This document shows positions 1-9,808 of a stretch of DNA of 44,468 nt, one piece after another. The stretch's first letter is position 1, and each line of letters opens with the position of its first letter. The position numbers and the translations under genes are program-made. Origin of the DNA: Hormoscilla sp. GTDB taxonomy: Bacteria; Cyanobacteriota; Cyanobacteriia; Cyanobacteriales; Desertifilaceae. The stretch spans positions 1-44,468 of the forward strand of contig JBFRWI010000081.1 of NCBI GenBank assembly GCA_051439505.1. The letters run 5' to 3'. Below the pieces are notes generated by a model. That model was not told where the DNA came from. It was given only the letters and a program-made list of their open reading frames with translations, and did no database searches.

Positions 1-62
1 TTGTCAATGGTTAATTGAGAGCGTCATTTATAGTCATGAATAGATAGCTTTACTCTTTTCAA

Positions 63-380
63 TTAGCAATTAGCCATTAGCAAAGTTGAAAAATTGGCTG
101 CTATCATCCCCTCAATGTGCAACGCCGCTTTTTTGTTATCTTGGAGATTCAGTCTTTTGATTTGGCGGATAGAATCAGAAATTGAAGCTACCCAGGATGT
201 GGTTAAGCGCTGTTCTGCTTGGTTTTTAATCAAATGAATCAGCAACCGGAGCAAGAATGATTGAATATTCCGCAGGATAGCTTGTCTGCTCATGCCCTCT
301 AGATCCTCTACAATGGCCAAAGCATCTCCATAGCGTCCCTCTAGGATGCTGGTTCTCAAGTCGATCAATTCCTGGGTCAT
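63..380 (-). pseudogene. Truncated DUF29-family protein, paralog of 621..1139
   Basis: MTQELIDLRTSILEGRY...LLIHLIK...SW closely matches the neighbour up to NLQDNK, then diverges into unrelated sequence and stops early. Confidence 0.7.
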
Positions 381-620
381 GTGACTGCTTCTCCTTGTAA
401 TGGTGTGGTCAAATGTAGTTGCATTAGTAGGGTGGGCCGCACCCACTGTCATTCGCGGATCTGGTCTTCACATGCGGTCGGAGGTGCAAGACAACACCCC
501 CTTGTGGTTTGCGACATTTATAGGATCGCATAAAAATGAGATTTGGCAGCGATATTTATATTAAAGGCTGTTGGGTTTCGTGCGTAGACCAAACCTACAG
601 CTGCTACATCGATACGAAGA

Positions 621-1139
621 TTACCGCCTACCTGACTTCCAAGCTTCTCCGCCATCAAGCTGAGTTAATTCATTATTGATAACTGTGGTCAAGTCTTTGA
701 TAGAGTAATTGTATGTCAGGTTCAAAAGAGCGATCGCCCGGTTCGTTACCAGTTCTCGCTCGACCAACTCAGATAATTGAAAAGGACTGTAGGCACCATC
801 CATGACTTCCAGACTGGCGGTAGCAATGGCTTCGTCAAACTCTTCAGCAAGCATTGAGGACCATTCAGCAGACTTGACATAATAAGATGTTTTATTATCC
901 TTGAGGTTCAGCTTGGCAATGTCTCGGAGAGAACCTCGAATAGAAGCTGCCCAGGAGTTGGTTAAACGCTGCTCGACTTGATTTTTAATCAAATGAATTA
1001 GCATTATGAGTAAAAAGGATTGGATGTTACGCAGTATAGCTTGTTTGCTCATTCCCTCTAGATCGTCTACAATAGCTAAAGCATCTCCATAGCGTCCATC
1101 CAGGATGCTGGTTCTTAAGTCCATTAGTTCCTGAGTCAT
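621..1139 (-). CDS. DUF29-family protein
   Basis: LEGMSK..LLIMLIHLIK..RLTNSW..SI motif typical of cyanobacterial DUF29. Start placed at MTQEL, downstream of a GGGAG RBS. Confidence 0.8.
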   Translation of the reverse strand: MTQELMDLRTSILDGRYGDALAIVDDLEGMSKQAILRNIQSFLLIMLIHLIKNQVEQRLTNSWAASIRGSLRDIAKLNLKDNKTSYYVKSAEWSSMLAEEFDEAIATASLEVMDGAYSPFQLSELVERELVTNRAIALLNLTYNYSIKDLTTVINNELTQLDGGEAWKSGRR

Positions 1140-1228
1140 ATTGCTACTTCTCCCTTGTGGCTTGCAAGATATGATAACATAATCACGCGCCCCCCAGCCT
1201 GACTTCATCCATCAACCATCAGAAGGCC

Positions 1229-1765
1229 ATGACAGCAAAAATAGTACCAATTCTCGACGCCGAAGAAATTCGCCGCATTCTCAATCGCCTCGCTTCCCAG
1301 ATTGTCGAAAAGGCGGGAGACTTGTCCCAACTGGCACTCCTGGGCGTTTATACTAGAGGAGTCCCCCTCGCTCAGGCGATCGCGGACCAAATTGCCGTAC
1401 TGGAAAACATCTCGGTACCCGTGGGGGCTTTAGACGTGACCTTCCATCGGGACGACCTCGACCAGATCGGCATCAGGACACCCGCGAAAACGGAAATTAC
1501 CTTTGACTTGACGGGAAAAATTGTGGTACTTGTAGATGATGTCATCTATAAGGGTCGGACGGTACGAGCAGCCCTAAATGCCGTTAACGATTATGGTAGA
1601 CCCGCCGCTATTTGGTTAGCGGTACTGGTAGACAGGGGTCATCGGGAATTACCCATTCACCCAGACTTTACTGGGAAAAAAATCCGGACGGCCAAGGAAG
1701 AAAAAGTTAAAGTTTATCTTCAGGATCTGGATGGAAGGGGCGCGGTCGAGTTAATAGCTCGATAA
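1229..1765 (+). CDS. pyrR: Bifunctional pyr operon regulator / uracil phosphoribosyltransferase
   Basis: [44 protein letters not shown] motifs. Confidence 0.97.
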   Translation: MTAKIVPILDAEEIRRILNRLASQIVEKAGDLSQLALLGVYTRGVPLAQAIADQIAVLENISVPVGALDVTFHRDDLDQIGIRTPAKTEITFDLTGKIVVLVDDVIYKGRTVRAALNAVNDYGRPAAIWLAVLVDRGHRELPIHPDFTGKKIRTAKEEKVKVYLQDLDGRGAVELIAR

Positions 1766-1777
1766 CAGGAAATTATA

Positions 1778-2833
1778 TTGATGGGGAAATTATCTGTGAA
1801 CCAAGAAACAAGTCAAACCCAGACGCGCAAGGCAGATCATTTGCGGATCTGCCTGGAAGAAGATGTCCAATTCCACCAGACTACGAATGGACTGGAACGC
1901 TATCGCTTTACTCACTGCTGTTTGCCGGAACTAGACTACAGTGAGATTGATGTCACAACCAGTTTTCTGGGAAAAAAACTGGGTGCGCCGCTGCTGATTT
2001 CTTCGATGACGGGGGGAACGGAACGGGCGAAGAAGATTAATTATCGTCTGGCGGAGGTGGCGCAGCAGTATCAATTGGCAATGGGAGTGGGTTCCCAGCG
2101 GATAGCGGTGGAAAATCCCCAAGTTGCTGATACTTTTGCGGTCAGAAAGTTGGCTCCTGATATTCTCCTATTTGCTAATCTGGGTGCAGTGCAGCTTAAC
2201 TATAGCTATGGGATTGATGAATGTCTGCGGGTGGTAGATTTGCTGGCAGCAGATGCTCTGATTTTACATATTAATCCGCTGCAAGAATGCATTCAAGCTG
2301 ATGGAGATACTGATTTCCGAGGTTTACTTAACTCAATTGCTAAAGTTTGCCAAAAACTGCCCGTACCCGCGATCGCGAAGGAGGTGGGTAATGGAATTTC
2401 TGCTAGAATGGCAGAGAAGTTAATTGATGCCGGGATTAGCGCGATCGATGTGGCGGGTGCGGGGGGCACTTCTTGGGCAAAGGTGGAAAGCGATCGGGCC
2501 AACAATGCTTTGCAGCGCCGCTTGGGAAAAACCTTTGGAGACTGGGGCATACCGACGGCGGAATGCATTACCGGTATAAGAGTGATCGCACCAGACATTC
2601 CTTTAATTGCTTCTGGGGGGTTGCGCAATGGACTGGAGGTGGCAAAGGCGATCGCCTTGGGTGCGGACATTGCGGGTTTGGCATGGCCATTCCTGCAAGC
2701 GGCGACAGAATCAGAAGCTGCTTTGGGTGAATTAACGGAAGTGCTGATGGCGGAGATCGCCACGGTGCTGTTTTGCACTGGCAACGCCACGTTATCCGAT
2801 CTAAAAGAGTCTCATGCCCTACAAAAATTATGA
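1778..2833 (+). CDS. fni: Type 2 isopentenyl-diphosphate delta-isomerase
   Basis: [39 protein letters not shown] motifs. Confidence 0.97.
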   Translation: MMGKLSVNQETSQTQTRKADHLRICLEEDVQFHQTTNGLERYRFTHCCLPELDYSEIDVTTSFLGKKLGAPLLISSMTGGTERAKKINYRLAEVAQQYQLAMGVGSQRIAVENPQVADTFAVRKLAPDILLFANLGAVQLNYSYGIDECLRVVDLLAADALILHINPLQECIQADGDTDFRGLLNSIAKVCQKLPVPAIAKEVGNGISARMAEKLIDAGISAIDVAGAGGTSWAKVESDRANNALQRRLGKTFGDWGIPTAECITGIRVIAPDIPLIASGGLRNGLEVAKAIALGADIAGLAWPFLQAATESEAALGELTEVLMAEIATVLFCTGNATLSDLKESHALQKL

Positions 2834-2897
2834 TATACTTTGAAAGGGATAGAGGAGCGCAAAATCGGAAATTTGGCTGCTAGAATAAGTTGTATTA

Positions 2898-2920
2898 GTA
2901 GGGTGGGCACCGCCCACCTA
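2898..2920. repeat. REP-like palindrome GTAGGGTGGGCA-n-GCCCACC (representative copy)
   Basis: Related copies at about 427, 7887, 18626, 28506, 29689, 33958, 35719 and 35745, mostly intergenic or at gene ends. Confidence 0.85.
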
Positions 2921-2982
2921 TGAGCAGATGTAGCCAACAACAATCAACAGGCGCAAGACCACAGGAGGAGGGCAATTAGCAC

Positions 2983-3017
2983 TTAGCAATTAGCAATTAG
3001 CAATTAGCAATTAGCAA
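2983..3017. repeat. Heptamer STRR (TTAGCAA)n
   Basis: Tandem ttagcaa units upstream of sppA. Confidence 0.85.
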
Positions 3018-3032
3018 AGAAAGGAATAACAA

Positions 3033-4835
3033 ATGCGTCAATTTCTCAAATATACCTTCGCGAGCTTGATCGGAAACCTGTTAGCAGCTATGCTAGTATT
3101 GAGTCTGGGGACTGGGGGACTGATTTTTCTGGTGGTGGCGGCAGCATCCAAAGATACGGGACCGCAAGTTAAGGATAAGTCGGTACTGGTTTTCGATCTG
3201 GGCTTGCAGATCAGCGATACTAACCCGGAATCATCCACGGGTGAGGCCCTCAGTCAAGTCCTATCAGGAGAAGATAGCAAGACAATTACCCTGCGATCGG
3301 TCTTGAATACTCTGGAAAAGGCAACAACAGACGATCGCATTGTCGGTTTGTACCTGGATGGCAGTGCCGGGGGTGCTGACACGGGGTTGGCCAATCTGAA
3401 AGAAGTGCGATCGGCCCTAGAGAAGTTCCGAGAATCGGGGAAACAGATCTATGCCTATGATGTGAACTGGGGGGAACGGGAATATTACCTGGGTTCTGTA
3501 GCAAACCAGGTGTTTCTAAACCCTCTGGGGGCGATGGAATTCAATGGTTTGAGTTCGGAAATTATGTTCTTAGCGGGCGCTTTCCAGAAATACGGCATTG
3601 GCATCCAAGTGCTTCGGGTGGGTAAGTACAAATCAGCGGTGGAACCGTTTATACAGACGAAACTGAGTCCGGAAAACCGGGAACAGACGCAACAGTTGTT
3701 GAACGACCTCTGGGGTGAGTTTCTCACAACGGTGGGGCGTCACCGGGATTTAGATGCAAAGCAATTACAGGCGATCGCGGACAGTCAGGGAATATTAAAG
3801 CCTCAGTCAGCCCAGTCGAAGCGCCTGGTGGATAAGCTAGCATATTTTGATGAGGTGGTGCGGGAATTGAAGCAACTGACTGGCAACGATGAGAAAGATA
3901 AAACTTTCAATCAGATAGATCTGACTACCTATGCTAGAGTTGCGGCATCTGATGGGGAGAGTCGATCGAAGAATCAGATTGCCTTGGTTTATGCTGAAGG
4001 TACGATTGTAGATGGGGAAGGTGGCGTCCGGGAAATAGGAGGCGATCGCTTCTCGGCCCTAATGCGCAAGCTGCGAGAAGACGATAAAATCAAGGCGGTA
4101 GTGTTGCGAGTGAATAGTCCTGGGGGGAGTGCCACTGCTTCTGAGGTAATTGGGCGGGAAGTTGAATTGACAAGTCAAGAAAAACCAGTTATTGTCTCCA
4201 TGGGAGATTATGCTGCTTCTGGAGGCTACTGGATCTCTGCCCATGGCGATCGCATTTTTGCGGAACCGAATACGATCACCGGTTCCATTGGGGTTTACGG
4301 CATTCTCAGCAATATTCAAGAGTTAGCTAATAACAATGGCATTACCTGGGATGTGGTGAAAACTGGTCGCTATGCCGACATGCAAACCATTGCCCGCCCC
4401 AAGACTGATGCTGAGTTGCAATTGTATCAGAATACAGTCAATCGGGTTTACCAGCTATTCTTGGACAAGGTCGCAGATGGGCGGAACCTGCCTCAGCAAA
4501 AGGTAGCGGAAATTGCCCAAGGACGGGTTTGGTCCGGTCTCGCAGCACAAAATATCGGTCTAGTCGATGAAATTGGCGGCCTGGAAGCGGCGATCGCCTT
4601 TGCAGCGGAAAAGGCCGAATTAGGAGAAAATTGGCGACTGCAAGAGTATCCCAAAACTCGCAGCTTAGAAAAAAGAATTATCCGCAAGCTAGTGGGTACC
4701 AATGTTGATGCTGCCCCACCGGACCTGTTAACCCGGGAATTCCATAAATTACAAGCAGAGTTGGCAATTTTGACAACTCTCAATGACCCCCTGGGAGTCT
4801 ATGCCCGCCTCCCATTTCATCTGCTGATTGATTGA
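3033..4835 (+). CDS. sppA: Signal peptide peptidase SppA (protease IV, long form)
   Basis: N-terminal TM segment, GKYKSAVEP, LRVNSPGGS, SMGDYAASGGYW, TGSIGV, AQGRVW. Confidence 0.96.
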   Translation: MRQFLKYTFASLIGNLLAAMLVLSLGTGGLIFLVVAAASKDTGPQVKDKSVLVFDLGLQISDTNPESSTGEALSQVLSGEDSKTITLRSVLNTLEKATTDDRIVGLYLDGSAGGADTGLANLKEVRSALEKFRESGKQIYAYDVNWGEREYYLGSVANQVFLNPLGAMEFNGLSSEIMFLAGAFQKYGIGIQVLRVGKYKSAVEPFIQTKLSPENREQTQQLLNDLWGEFLTTVGRHRDLDAKQLQAIADSQGILKPQSAQSKRLVDKLAYFDEVVRELKQLTGNDEKDKTFNQIDLTTYARVAASDGESRSKNQIALVYAEGTIVDGEGGVREIGGDRFSALMRKLREDDKIKAVVLRVNSPGGSATASEVIGREVELTSQEKPVIVSMGDYAASGGYWISAHGDRIFAEPNTITGSIGVYGILSNIQELANNNGITWDVVKTGRYADMQTIARPKTDAELQLYQNTVNRVYQLFLDKVADGRNLPQQKVAEIAQGRVWSGLAAQNIGLVDEIGGLEAAIAFAAEKAELGENWRLQEYPKTRSLEKRIIRKLVGTNVDAAPPDLLTREFHKLQAELAILTTLNDPLGVYARLPFHLLID

Positions 4836-4873
4836 TCTACACACCCACACCCATATTCCCACCCCCACCGTCA

Positions 4874-4924
4874 CCCCTACCCTAAAGGGTAGGGCTACAG
4901 GAACAAAGCCCGCCTGCGCGGGCT
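4874..4924. repeat. Dispersed palindromic repeat (CCCTAAAGGG...AGCCCGCCTGCGCGGGCT)
   Basis: Reverse-complement copy at about 21342-21392. Confidence 0.7.
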
Positions 4925-5005
4925 TAAGAGAAGAGGCGATCGCCCTAGAAAATGTTTGTAGTAAGGACTTTAGTCCTTTCCGGGTTGATAATGGAGGTAA
5001 GCAGG

Positions 5006-5404
5006 ATGAAAGTCAAGAACATCGAAATACCGAAGACCCAGATAGCAGAATTCTGCGATCGCTGGCAAATCACAGAATTTGCCTTATTTGGTTCAGTGCT
5101 GCGGGATGACTTTCGCCCAGACAGCGACATTGATGTTTTGGTAACTTTTGCCCCAGATTCTCATTGGACTTTGTTTAACATAATTCGCATGGAGTCCGAA
5201 TTAGAAGCCATCTTTGAGCGAAAGGTAGATTTGGTATGCAAACTGGCAATTCAGCAAAGCCCAAACTACCTGCGTCGTAAAGCAATTCTGAGTTCATCTG
5301 AGGTGATTTATGCGAGAACGCGATCTTCATTCCCTGTTAGACATTCTCATATCTGCGAGACTAGCTTTGAGCTATGTATCGGGAAAAACCAGAAGAGAAT
5401 TTGA
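5006..5404 (+). CDS. Minimal nucleotidyltransferase (MntA-type antitoxin), copy 1
   Basis: LFGSVLRDDFRPDSDIDVLV (GSx10DxD) and RKVDLV; GGAGG RBS before ATG 5006. The C-terminus reads through into the HEPN gene. Confidence 0.88.
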   Translation: MKVKNIEIPKTQIAEFCDRWQITEFALFGSVLRDDFRPDSDIDVLVTFAPDSHWTLFNIIRMESELEAIFERKVDLVCKLAIQQSPNYLRRKAILSSSEVIYARTRSSFPVRHSHICETSFELCIGKNQKRI

Positions 5405-5657
5405 GGAGGATGTTCAATTTCAAGATTCTGTAATTCGGCGAATTGAACTTATTGGGGAAGCGACGAGACGTATTTCTGAGGAAACTCGCAGATCGCTGCC
5501 CCAAATTCCTTGGAGTGACATGGTGGGAATTCCGAACGATGTCATACAGGATTACGATCGAGTCAATTTGACAAAAGTTTGGGATACTGTCCATAATGAT
5601 TTGCCGCCATTGATTGCAGAACTGGAAAAGATTGTGCCGCCAGAGGAGTCCGAATAA
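5310..5657 (+). CDS. HEPN/DUF86 (HepT-like) protein, copy 1, catalytic motif degenerate
   Basis: QDSVIRRIELIGEA, IPWSDMVG..DYD.VN...VW. The RxxxxH position reads PNDVIQ. Confidence 0.85.
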   Translation: MRERDLHSLLDILISARLALSYVSGKTRREFEEDVQFQDSVIRRIELIGEATRRISEETRRSLPQIPWSDMVGIPNDVIQDYDRVNLTKVWDTVHNDLPPLIAELEKIVPPEESE

Positions 5658-5870
5658 TCTCTAACACTACTATATCCCCTGTCATATCAGCGACTAGCTG
5701 ATGAAAGTAGGTTGGGTTGATCTTTGTTACCCAACCAGGGATGGCGGCAACAAAATCTATAGGTTGAGGCCCGCAAACCCCAACCGGGTGTTGGGTTTTC
5801 TCGATCGCCCTATAAAATGTTTGTAGTAAGGACTTCAGTCCTTTCCGGGTTGATAATGGAGGTAAGCAGG

Positions 5871-6311
5871 ATGAAAGTCAAGAACATCGAAATACCTAAG
5901 ACCCAGATAGCAGAATTCTGCGATCGCTGGCAAATCACCGAATTTGCCTTATTTGGTTCCGTGCTGCGGGATGACTTTCGCCCAGACAGCGACATTGATG
6001 TCTTGGTGACTTGGGATCCAAATTTTCATTTGACTTTCTCTAACCTGGATCGGATGGAGTCCGAATTAGAAGCCATCTTTGATCGAAAGGTAGATTTGGT
6101 ATGCAAACTGGCAATTCAGCAAAGCCTAAACTACTTGCGTCGCAAAGCAATTCTGAATTCCGCTGAGGTGATTTATGCGAGAACGCGACCTTCATTCCCT
6201 GTTAGACATTCTCATATCCGCGAGACTAGCTTTGAGCTATGTATCGGGAAAAACCTGGAGAGAATTCCAGGAGGATGTTCAATTTCAAGATGCTGTGATT
6301 CGGCGAATTAA
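5871..6311 (+). CDS. Minimal nucleotidyltransferase (MntA-type), copy 2
   Basis: Near-identical duplicate of 5006..5404 with the same GS/DxD motif. Confidence 0.87.
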   Translation: MKVKNIEIPKTQIAEFCDRWQITEFALFGSVLRDDFRPDSDIDVLVTWDPNFHLTFSNLDRMESELEAIFDRKVDLVCKLAIQQSLNYLRRKAILNSAEVIYARTRPSFPVRHSHIRETSFELCIGKNLERIPGGCSISRCCDSAN

Positions 6312-6522
6312 AATTATAGGGGAGGCAACCATACGTATTCTTGAGGAAACTCGCAGATCGCTGCCCCAAATTTATTGGAGTGACCTGGTTGGAATTCTTA
6401 ACGATGTGATTCAGGATTACGATCGAGTCAATTTGACAAAAGTTTGGGATACTGTCCATAATGATTTGCCGCCATTGATTGCAGAACTGGAAAAGATTGT
6501 GCCGCCAGAGGAGTCCGAATAA
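6175..6522 (+). CDS. HEPN/DUF86 protein, copy 2, catalytic motif degenerate
   Basis: Duplicate of 5310..5657. The motif position reads LNDVIQ. Confidence 0.85.
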   Translation: MRERDLHSLLDILISARLALSYVSGKTWREFQEDVQFQDAVIRRIKIIGEATIRILEETRRSLPQIYWSDLVGILNDVIQDYDRVNLTKVWDTVHNDLPPLIAELEKIVPPEESE

Positions 6523-6551
6523 TTACTAACACTACGATATCCCGCGTTATA

Positions 6552-6968
6552 TCAGTGAGGGTAAAGGGTAAAATTACGATCGAACCAAATGATATAGAAT
6601 ACAGCTCGGTCTCGATAACCTACCATAGGAGCCTTACCACAAAACCGAAACGCGATGAAATTGACATCATCTGTGATATGACCGGGAATTGACGATCGAA
6701 TAGCCTCTCTACTAATCTTCTCGTAGCCTAATCCATGACGAGGCTGACTTTTGATTTCACTCCAAGTGAGTTGACTGAGTTTAGCGATTGTATCCGCAAA
6801 AGCTGCTTTTTCATCTTTTGTGCATTGAGAGAGACTATAGTCTTTGTTCATGTACTGCAAAGAAAACATGGGTGGCTGCTGCTCTGGCGGGATATCAGTT
6901 GTATCTTTTTCAGCAATCCTTCTGCCTTTTTCTTTGCGGTTCTTAGCATTAAACCGCTTCTGCTTCAT
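6552..6968 (-). CDS. Putative toxin downstream of the Panacea antitoxin (resembles MAG6450-type hypothetical proteins)
   Basis: Overlaps the 3' end of the SocA gene. Basic 138-aa protein with LSQLTW, RHGLGYEKI, AFRF..KAPMVGYR and IWFD motifs. Confidence 0.65.
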   Translation of the reverse strand: MKQKRFNAKNRKEKGRRIAEKDTTDIPPEQQPPMFSLQYMNKDYSLSQCTKDEKAAFADTIAKLSQLTWSEIKSQPRHGLGYEKISREAIRSSIPGHITDDVNFIAFRFCGKAPMVGYRDRAVFYIIWFDRNFTLYPH

Positions 6969-7401
6969 AGTTTAGCTGAGTCTTGAAATAGTCTTTCATC
7001 GATCGATCGCTAATCATACTGCGAGTTGATGATGCTGCCTGCCAAGGCGATTCTGCTTGAGTCATATTGCGCAATTTCCAGGCAGAAAACTGCCCAAACA
7101 CTGAATATACTTCATCCAGAAGACTGCGCGTTTCCTCGTCATACCGGGTAAAATCAATCTCGGTTGGACAGGGTATAGCACCATTACCATATTTTTGGTA
7201 GTATTCATATAACTCCGGCACCACTGGACCGTGAGTCCAAGCCGCGATCGCCTCTGTAAATAAGGGGCGATCGTAAAGAGCCAGATGAAAACCTTGAGCA
7301 TAATAAACCAGTTTCTGAAGCTTGAGATTAGACATGAGGTCGCCAGCGGACTCATCTTGTTGTGCTAAAAAGTAGTTAGCTACATCGTAACAGTTAAGCA
7401 T
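6949..7401 (-). CDS. Panacea/SocA (DUF4065) antitoxin
   Basis: VANYFL, SNLKLQKLVYYAQG, AWTHGPVVPELY, SAWKLRNMT...PW. Confidence 0.92.
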   Translation of the reverse strand: MLNCYDVANYFLAQQDESAGDLMSNLKLQKLVYYAQGFHLALYDRPLFTEAIAAWTHGPVVPELYEYYQKYGNGAIPCPTEIDFTRYDEETRSLLDEVYSVFGQFSAWKLRNMTQAESPWQAASSTRSMISDRSMKDYFKTQLNYEAEAV

Positions 7402-7403
7402 GA

Positions 7404-7601
7404 TTAACTCTCTATCATTAAAACAGCTAGAATATCATCCCGTTCCAAATCATCGTAGTCTTCTAGAATCTCATCGATACTCATGCCAGACGAGAGCAAT
7501 TCCAGGATACATTCTACAGGATAGCGCATTCCCCGGATGCAGGGTTTGCCGTGGCAGATATTCGGATCGATCGTGATCCGCTGCAAAAGCTGGTTTTCCA
7601 T
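7404..7601 (-). CDS. DUF433-family protein, C-terminus apparently clipped
   Basis: RITIDPNICHGKPCIRGMRYPV..ILELLSSGMS..EILEDY..LE..DI. Confidence 0.88.
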   Translation of the reverse strand: MENQLLQRITIDPNICHGKPCIRGMRYPVECILELLSSGMSIDEILEDYDDLERDDILAVLMIES

Positions 7602-7903
7602 AGCTATTATCCCCTATTGTACTGCGATTGAATAATTATAATACCATTTTGAAAAAAGGTTGCTACTGTGCGATAAATTCCCTCACTTCGCTGTCAGCCC
7701 GCCGGGGGTTCAAACCCCCGGAGTTCCCAGGCGGAGCCAGGGAACTCGGCTTTGTGTCGGTTAAACCGACTAATAACATAATCCTTAAACTAATTGTAGT
7801 CACGTTTGAAAAAAATGGTATAACTTGAAAATTGCGAATTGCGTATATGCAGTAGCGTAGGCGTAGCCGCATAGCGCTATTGCGAAGGTGGGCGGTGCCC
7901 ACC

Positions 7904-9808
7904 CTACACAAGGTTTGAGCAGTTGAGCCGATCGCCATAATATTGCCGATAAAGGTTACACAAAGGCATGACGGCATTTCCGTGAAATTTCACCAACCCC
8001 ATACTGCGTAATTTGAATGCTTCTGCTGTCGGGATCTCGACGGGCACATTGGCTGCCAAGACTTGTTTAATTGCTGCCGCTAATTCGGGATTTTCTTCTA
8101 AGTTATATAAATGGCGGCGCAAATGGTCGCAATATGGTCCTTCTTCCGTAGGCGCTATTTGCAATAACTCTGGCAAACTCATCCGCCCTCTGGCTATTTG
8201 ATAAAGGGCCATCCTCACTAAATAGGGATGTCCTCCTACCATTGCCATCAGCTGTTCTGTCTGGGTGTCACACCATTCTAAATTGTGTCTCCCTACCAAG
8301 TCCTGCACCTGTTGTTGGTTTAATTCGGGCAACTCAATGGGTAATCCTACATTGAAAGGCGATTGATTGATGTTCAGGGGAATGTATACTTCCTTGGAAT
8401 GGGCGATCGCCAACCGCACTCTTTTCCAAGCAGCATCGTTCTTGCCCCGTTCGTGCCAGGCCCGCAGCAGTCCGAAAAAGTCCGTGGCAATTACCGGATG
8501 TTGGAAGATCTGATCCACTTCATCCAATCCTAAGGCGATCGGGCTAGCAATTTCGGACAGCAGATATTTTTGAAAGTATCTAGTACATTTGCTCTTGCTG
8601 CCCAGAGGACCTTTCCAATATTCTGCTAGCTTCTCTTCCAGTTCCAATTCTTCAGTAATTTTGGCACAGAACCACTGCAAAAATAGATCCAGGTTAGTGA
8701 AAAACTCAGCATCCGCTAACTGAAAGTTTAACTCCACTTTTTGATAGCCTTGCAGGGTGGCACGATAAAGAATGCGACTCATGAGAGAACTTTTACCCAT
8801 CTGCCGGGGGGCCTTGATTCTAATCAATGCTGCTGGCTTGATAATGGCCTGGTAACAGTCCGATTCTACGGGAGGACGTTCCACGTAAAAGGGAGATTCT
8901 AAACTTACTAAACCCTCCGGTGCCTCCCAGGTTAGCAATTGGCTTTCCCGAGGGATGGTATAGGTGATGGTGGTATCAGAGGAACCGGTTAGTTGCTCTA
9001 AAGCTTGCAGGGCTTGACCTGCGGTTTGGTAACGCCGCCGATAGTCATAGCGCACCATCTTGTCCAGAATTTCGGCAAAACCCGGACGGACAGATGCCGT
9101 CGCGCCCCACATAGCGCAACAGAATTCTCCACTGTCATCTTGCGGTAGTTCTCTGGGAGACCACCCTGTCAAAGCCTGCATTACCACCATGCCCACAGCA
9201 TAGATATCGCTGCTAAAATGGGGGTGAAAAGCTCCTTGTTCGCTCGGCATATAGCCCGGAGAACCGACAACAACGGTGATGCTAGTTTGTCCCGTCACAT
9301 TCGCTGCCCGGTGACTGACTTCTTTGACTGCCCCAAAATCAATCAGCACGATCTTGCCATCTTTCTGGCGTCGAATTAAGTTCGCAGGTTTGATGTCCCG
9401 ATGGATGACTTGCTGTTGGTGGACAAATGCTAGCACCTCCAAGATATCCTGAAGTAGGGCGATCGCCTTTAGTTCGCTCAACCGCTTGCCGGGAGTCAGT
9501 TCTTTGTCCAGGGGTTCCCCTTCAATATACTCCTGCACCAGATAGAACTCCCCCTCTTGCTCGAAGTGAGCCAACAGGCGCGGGATCTGGTCGTGACTGC
9601 CCAACTTATATAATGTTTGTGCTTCCCGATCGAATAGGCGCTTTGCCACCTCCAGGCTGGCGCGATCGCGTACAATAGGTTTAAATTGCTTAACCACGCA
9701 GAGGGGGTGGCCGGGTAAATGACTATCTCTGGCCAGAAAAGTTTGACCAAACCCGCCTTTGCCCAGGGGTTTAACTACGTGATAATGACCTGCCAGTATT
9801 TCTGCCAT
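7904..9808 (-). CDS. Ser/Thr protein kinase fused to an AAA_35-like NTPase domain
   Basis: LGKGGFG, VVK, IHRDIKPAN and DFG kinase motifs, followed by YVERPP, APRQMGKSS (Walker A), LDEVD (Walker B), SPFNVG and GGHPYL. Confidence 0.93.
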   Translation of the reverse strand: MAEILAGHYHVVKPLGKGGFGQTFLARDSHLPGHPLCVVKQFKPIVRDRASLEVAKRLFDREAQTLYKLGSHDQIPRLLAHFEQEGEFYLVQEYIEGEPLDKELTPGKRLSELKAIALLQDILEVLAFVHQQQVIHRDIKPANLIRRQKDGKIVLIDFGAVKEVSHRAANVTGQTSITVVVGSPGYMPSEQGAFHPHFSSDIYAVGMVVMQALTGWSPRELPQDDSGEFCCAMWGATASVRPGFAEILDKMVRYDYRRRYQTAGQALQALEQLTGSSDTTITYTIPRESQLLTWEAPEGLVSLESPFYVERPPVESDCYQAIIKPAALIRIKAPRQMGKSSLMSRILYRATLQGYQKVELNFQLADAEFFTNLDLFLQWFCAKITEELELEEKLAEYWKGPLGSKSKCTRYFQKYLLSEIASPIALGLDEVDQIFQHPVIATDFFGLLRAWHERGKNDAAWKRVRLAIAHSKEVYIPLNINQSPFNVGLPIELPELNQQQVQDLVGRHNLEWCDTQTEQLMAMVGGHPYLVRMALYQIARGRMSLPELLQIAPTEEGPYCDHLRRHLYNLEENPELAAAIKQVLAANVPVEIPTAEAFKLRSMGLVKFHGNAVMPLCNLYRQYYGDRLNCSNLV

